The notes under the pieces were generated by a model, which saw only the letters and a program-made list of their open reading frames with translations, was not told the DNA's origin and did no database searches. DNA of 64,000 nt from Patescibacteria group bacterium. Its GTDB lineage: Bacteria > Patescibacteriota > Minisyncoccia > Phycocordibacterales > Phycocordibacteraceae. Of the stretch, positions 62,494 through 64,000 are shown in pieces. Location: assembly GCA_038064495.1 (NCBI GenBank), contig JBBTSZ010000004.1:5363-69362 (forward strand), given 5' to 3'. Both the position numbers and the translations under genes were made by a program. Within the stretch, counting starts at the first letter, position 1. The number at the start of each line of letters is the position of its first letter.

Positions 62494-63900
62494 ATGAGGG
62501 AGTATCGTCCAACTATCGGTCTTGAGGTGCATGCGGAACTTTCTACGCGTACCAAGATGTTTTGCGATTCAGCAAACGACTCTGAAGAAACTGAGCCGAA
62601 CGTGAATGTCTGTCCAGTGTGTCTCGCGCACCCAGGAACGCTTCCCGTGATAAACAAGCAGGCAGTTGCGCACGTGCTTCGTGTTGGCACAGCACTCGGG
62701 AGTACACTCGCAGACTACACTGAGTTCGATCGCAAGTCCTATTTTTATCCGGACATACCGAAGGGCTATCAAATTAGTCAGTATGAACATCCACTCGTTT
62801 CTGGTGGTGAATTGAATGGTGTTGCTGTCACGCGAGTGCATCTTGAAGAAGATACCGCACGCTCTTCGCACGCGAATGACGTAAGTCTTGTTGATTTCAA
62901 TCGTGCAGGTGTGCCACTCATGGAGCTGGTGACGGAACCGGTGATTCATGACGCGAAGACTGCAGGCGCGTTTGCTCGCGAACTCCAGCTTTTGCTTCGT
63001 GCGCTTGGTGCATCACATGCAAATCTTGAGAAGGGAGAGATGCGCGTGGAAGCAAACATTTCTGTGTCAAAAACAGATTCTTTCGGAACAAAAGTAGAAG
63101 TAAAGAATCTCAATTCATTCCGCTCGGTAGAGCGCGCCATTGAGTATGAGATAGCTCGGCAGACAGAGCTCCTTGAATCAGGAGGCACCGTGACCCAAGA
63201 AACTAGAGGGTGGGACGAGAATAAAATGGAGACATTCCCGCAGCGACTCAAGGAGGGAAGTGCCGATTACCGCTATTTCCCTGAGCCAGATTTACCAAAG
63301 CTCGTACTCTCTGACCTTGAAGAATTCAAGAAATCGGTTCTTGAAGAGAGTCTCCCTGAACTGCCTCACGCGCGCAGAACACGCTACGTATTACGGGGAC
63401 TCAAACCAGAAGAGGCGAGTCTCATCACGAGCTCGCTCGAACAGAGCGCATTCTTTGACGAGGTAGTAGCTACACTTGGAGCAGACAGTGAGTCCGTTCG
63501 CTTAGCCACAAATTATTTGCTCAACGACCTTGGAGACGGCCCGCTGCCGAAGGCCAGTGCGTTCTGTGAGCTTATAGAGCTTATACGCAGCAATAAGCTT
63601 TCTTCTCGCGGCGCCAAGGATACGCTCGCAATTCTCGCCGAAACCACTGCACCATCTGCGCTTGCTGTTGCAACTGAGCATGGCTGGCTTCAGGAAAGTA
63701 ATCCTGAGGCCATCCGGGAGGTAGTACGGGGTGTCGTAGCGGCAAACGCGTCCGTGATCGAAGAATACCGGGGAGGAAAGCAAAGTGTCCTGCAATTCCT
63801 GGTCGGACAGGGCATGAAATTGAGTCGTGGAGCGGGCAATCCTGAGGTCCTCAAGAAGTTGCTTATCGAGGAGCTGGGAATACTACCGCCGAAAGAATAA
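62494..63900 (+). CDS. gatB: Asp-tRNA(Asn)/Glu-tRNA(Gln) amidotransferase subunit B
   Basis: YRPTIGLEVHAELSTRTKMFC; VCLAHPGTLPVIN; 468 aa from ATG 62494; ORF-track start 62458 reads through obg remnant. Confidence 0.85.
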   Translation: MREYRPTIGLEVHAELSTRTKMFCDSANDSEETEPNVNVCPVCLAHPGTLPVINKQAVAHVLRVGTALGSTLADYTEFDRKSYFYPDIPKGYQISQYEHPLVSGGELNGVAVTRVHLEEDTARSSHANDVSLVDFNRAGVPLMELVTEPVIHDAKTAGAFARELQLLLRALGASHANLEKGEMRVEANISVSKTDSFGTKVEVKNLNSFRSVERAIEYEIARQTELLESGGTVTQETRGWDENKMETFPQRLKEGSADYRYFPEPDLPKLVLSDLEEFKKSVLEESLPELPHARRTRYVLRGLKPEEASLITSSLEQSAFFDEVVATLGADSESVRLATNYLLNDLGDGPLPKASAFCELIELIRSNKLSSRGAKDTLAILAETTAPSALAVATEHGWLQESNPEAIREVVRGVVAANASVIEEYRGGKQSVLQFLVGQGMKLSRGAGNPEVLKKLLIEELGILPPKE

Positions 63901-63960
63901 ATTTTTTATGACTGTGAACAACCTATCCAAAACGAGCCGAGATAGCCTATACTAAAGCCA

Positions 63961-64000
63961 TGGATGAACTTACTATCGGTGACCAAAAATATCTCTCGTC
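63961..64000 (+). CDS. Possible 5' end of next CDS (MDELTIGDQKYLS…), truncated by window
   Basis: ATG 60 nt after gatB stop, open to window end. Confidence 0.2.

Noticed and set aside
62280-62949. Minus-strand ORFs 62280..62690 and 62569..62949; plus-strand N-terminal extension of gatB from 62458
   Set aside because: They run across the obg remnant and antisense to gatB. gatB homology begins at ATG 62494 (MREYRPTIGLEVH).
1-64000. CRISPR arrays, tRNA/rRNA genes, IS elements/transposases
   Set aside because: No regularly spaced direct repeats were found, and no intergenic region long enough for a tRNA cloverleaf. No transposase/integrase-like ORF. The only mobile-type signature is the obg-fragment direct repeat (reported as a finding).

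Overview
The window is a gene-dense stretch of about 50% GC with many 1-8 nt start/stop overlaps, read as bacterial and possibly from a small-genome lineage such as CPR/Patescibacteria (inference only). It holds three blocks. (1) 7-10125: three paralogous, signal-peptide-bearing, Cys/Thr-rich secreted proteins with Ig-like repeats, a CARDB-like domain and a shared C-terminal module. They are interleaved with two paralogous single-pass membrane proteins whose ectodomains are predicted beta-rich, and the block ends with a small 2-TM protein and a soluble VirD4/TraD-like (type IV coupling protein, T4CP-like) P-loop ATPase. This is the best candidate for an undescribed surface or secretion system. 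(2) 10304-55240: a roughly 45 kb glycan/glycoconjugate island. It encodes GT4 x5, GT9 x3, GT2 x2, an exostosin-like GT47, a GT-C-type polytopic membrane transferase and a GtrA-like flippase. It also encodes a split HldE ADP-heptose pathway and a pseudaminic-acid-like nonulosonate set (PseB, PseC, PseI, PseF, a GNAT, a PseA-like amidotransferase plus amidase, a Maf-like 633 aa protein). Further genes are a TPP-dependent E1alpha/E1beta pair without E2/E3 plus a C-methyltransferase (branched sugar suspected), an ATP-citrate-lyase-like trio, an MsbA-like ABC exporter and an O-antigen-ligase/TPR protein. (3) 55240-64000: housekeeping genes murB, a 41 aa Lys/Ala-repeat basic protein, secA, rdgB-like, obg, a lectin-like secreted protein flanked by a degenerate duplicate of the obg 3' end, gatB, and a possible partial CDS at the window end. 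No rRNA, tRNA or CRISPR was detected. All functional calls come from motif and pattern recognition in the translated ORFs; no database searches were run.
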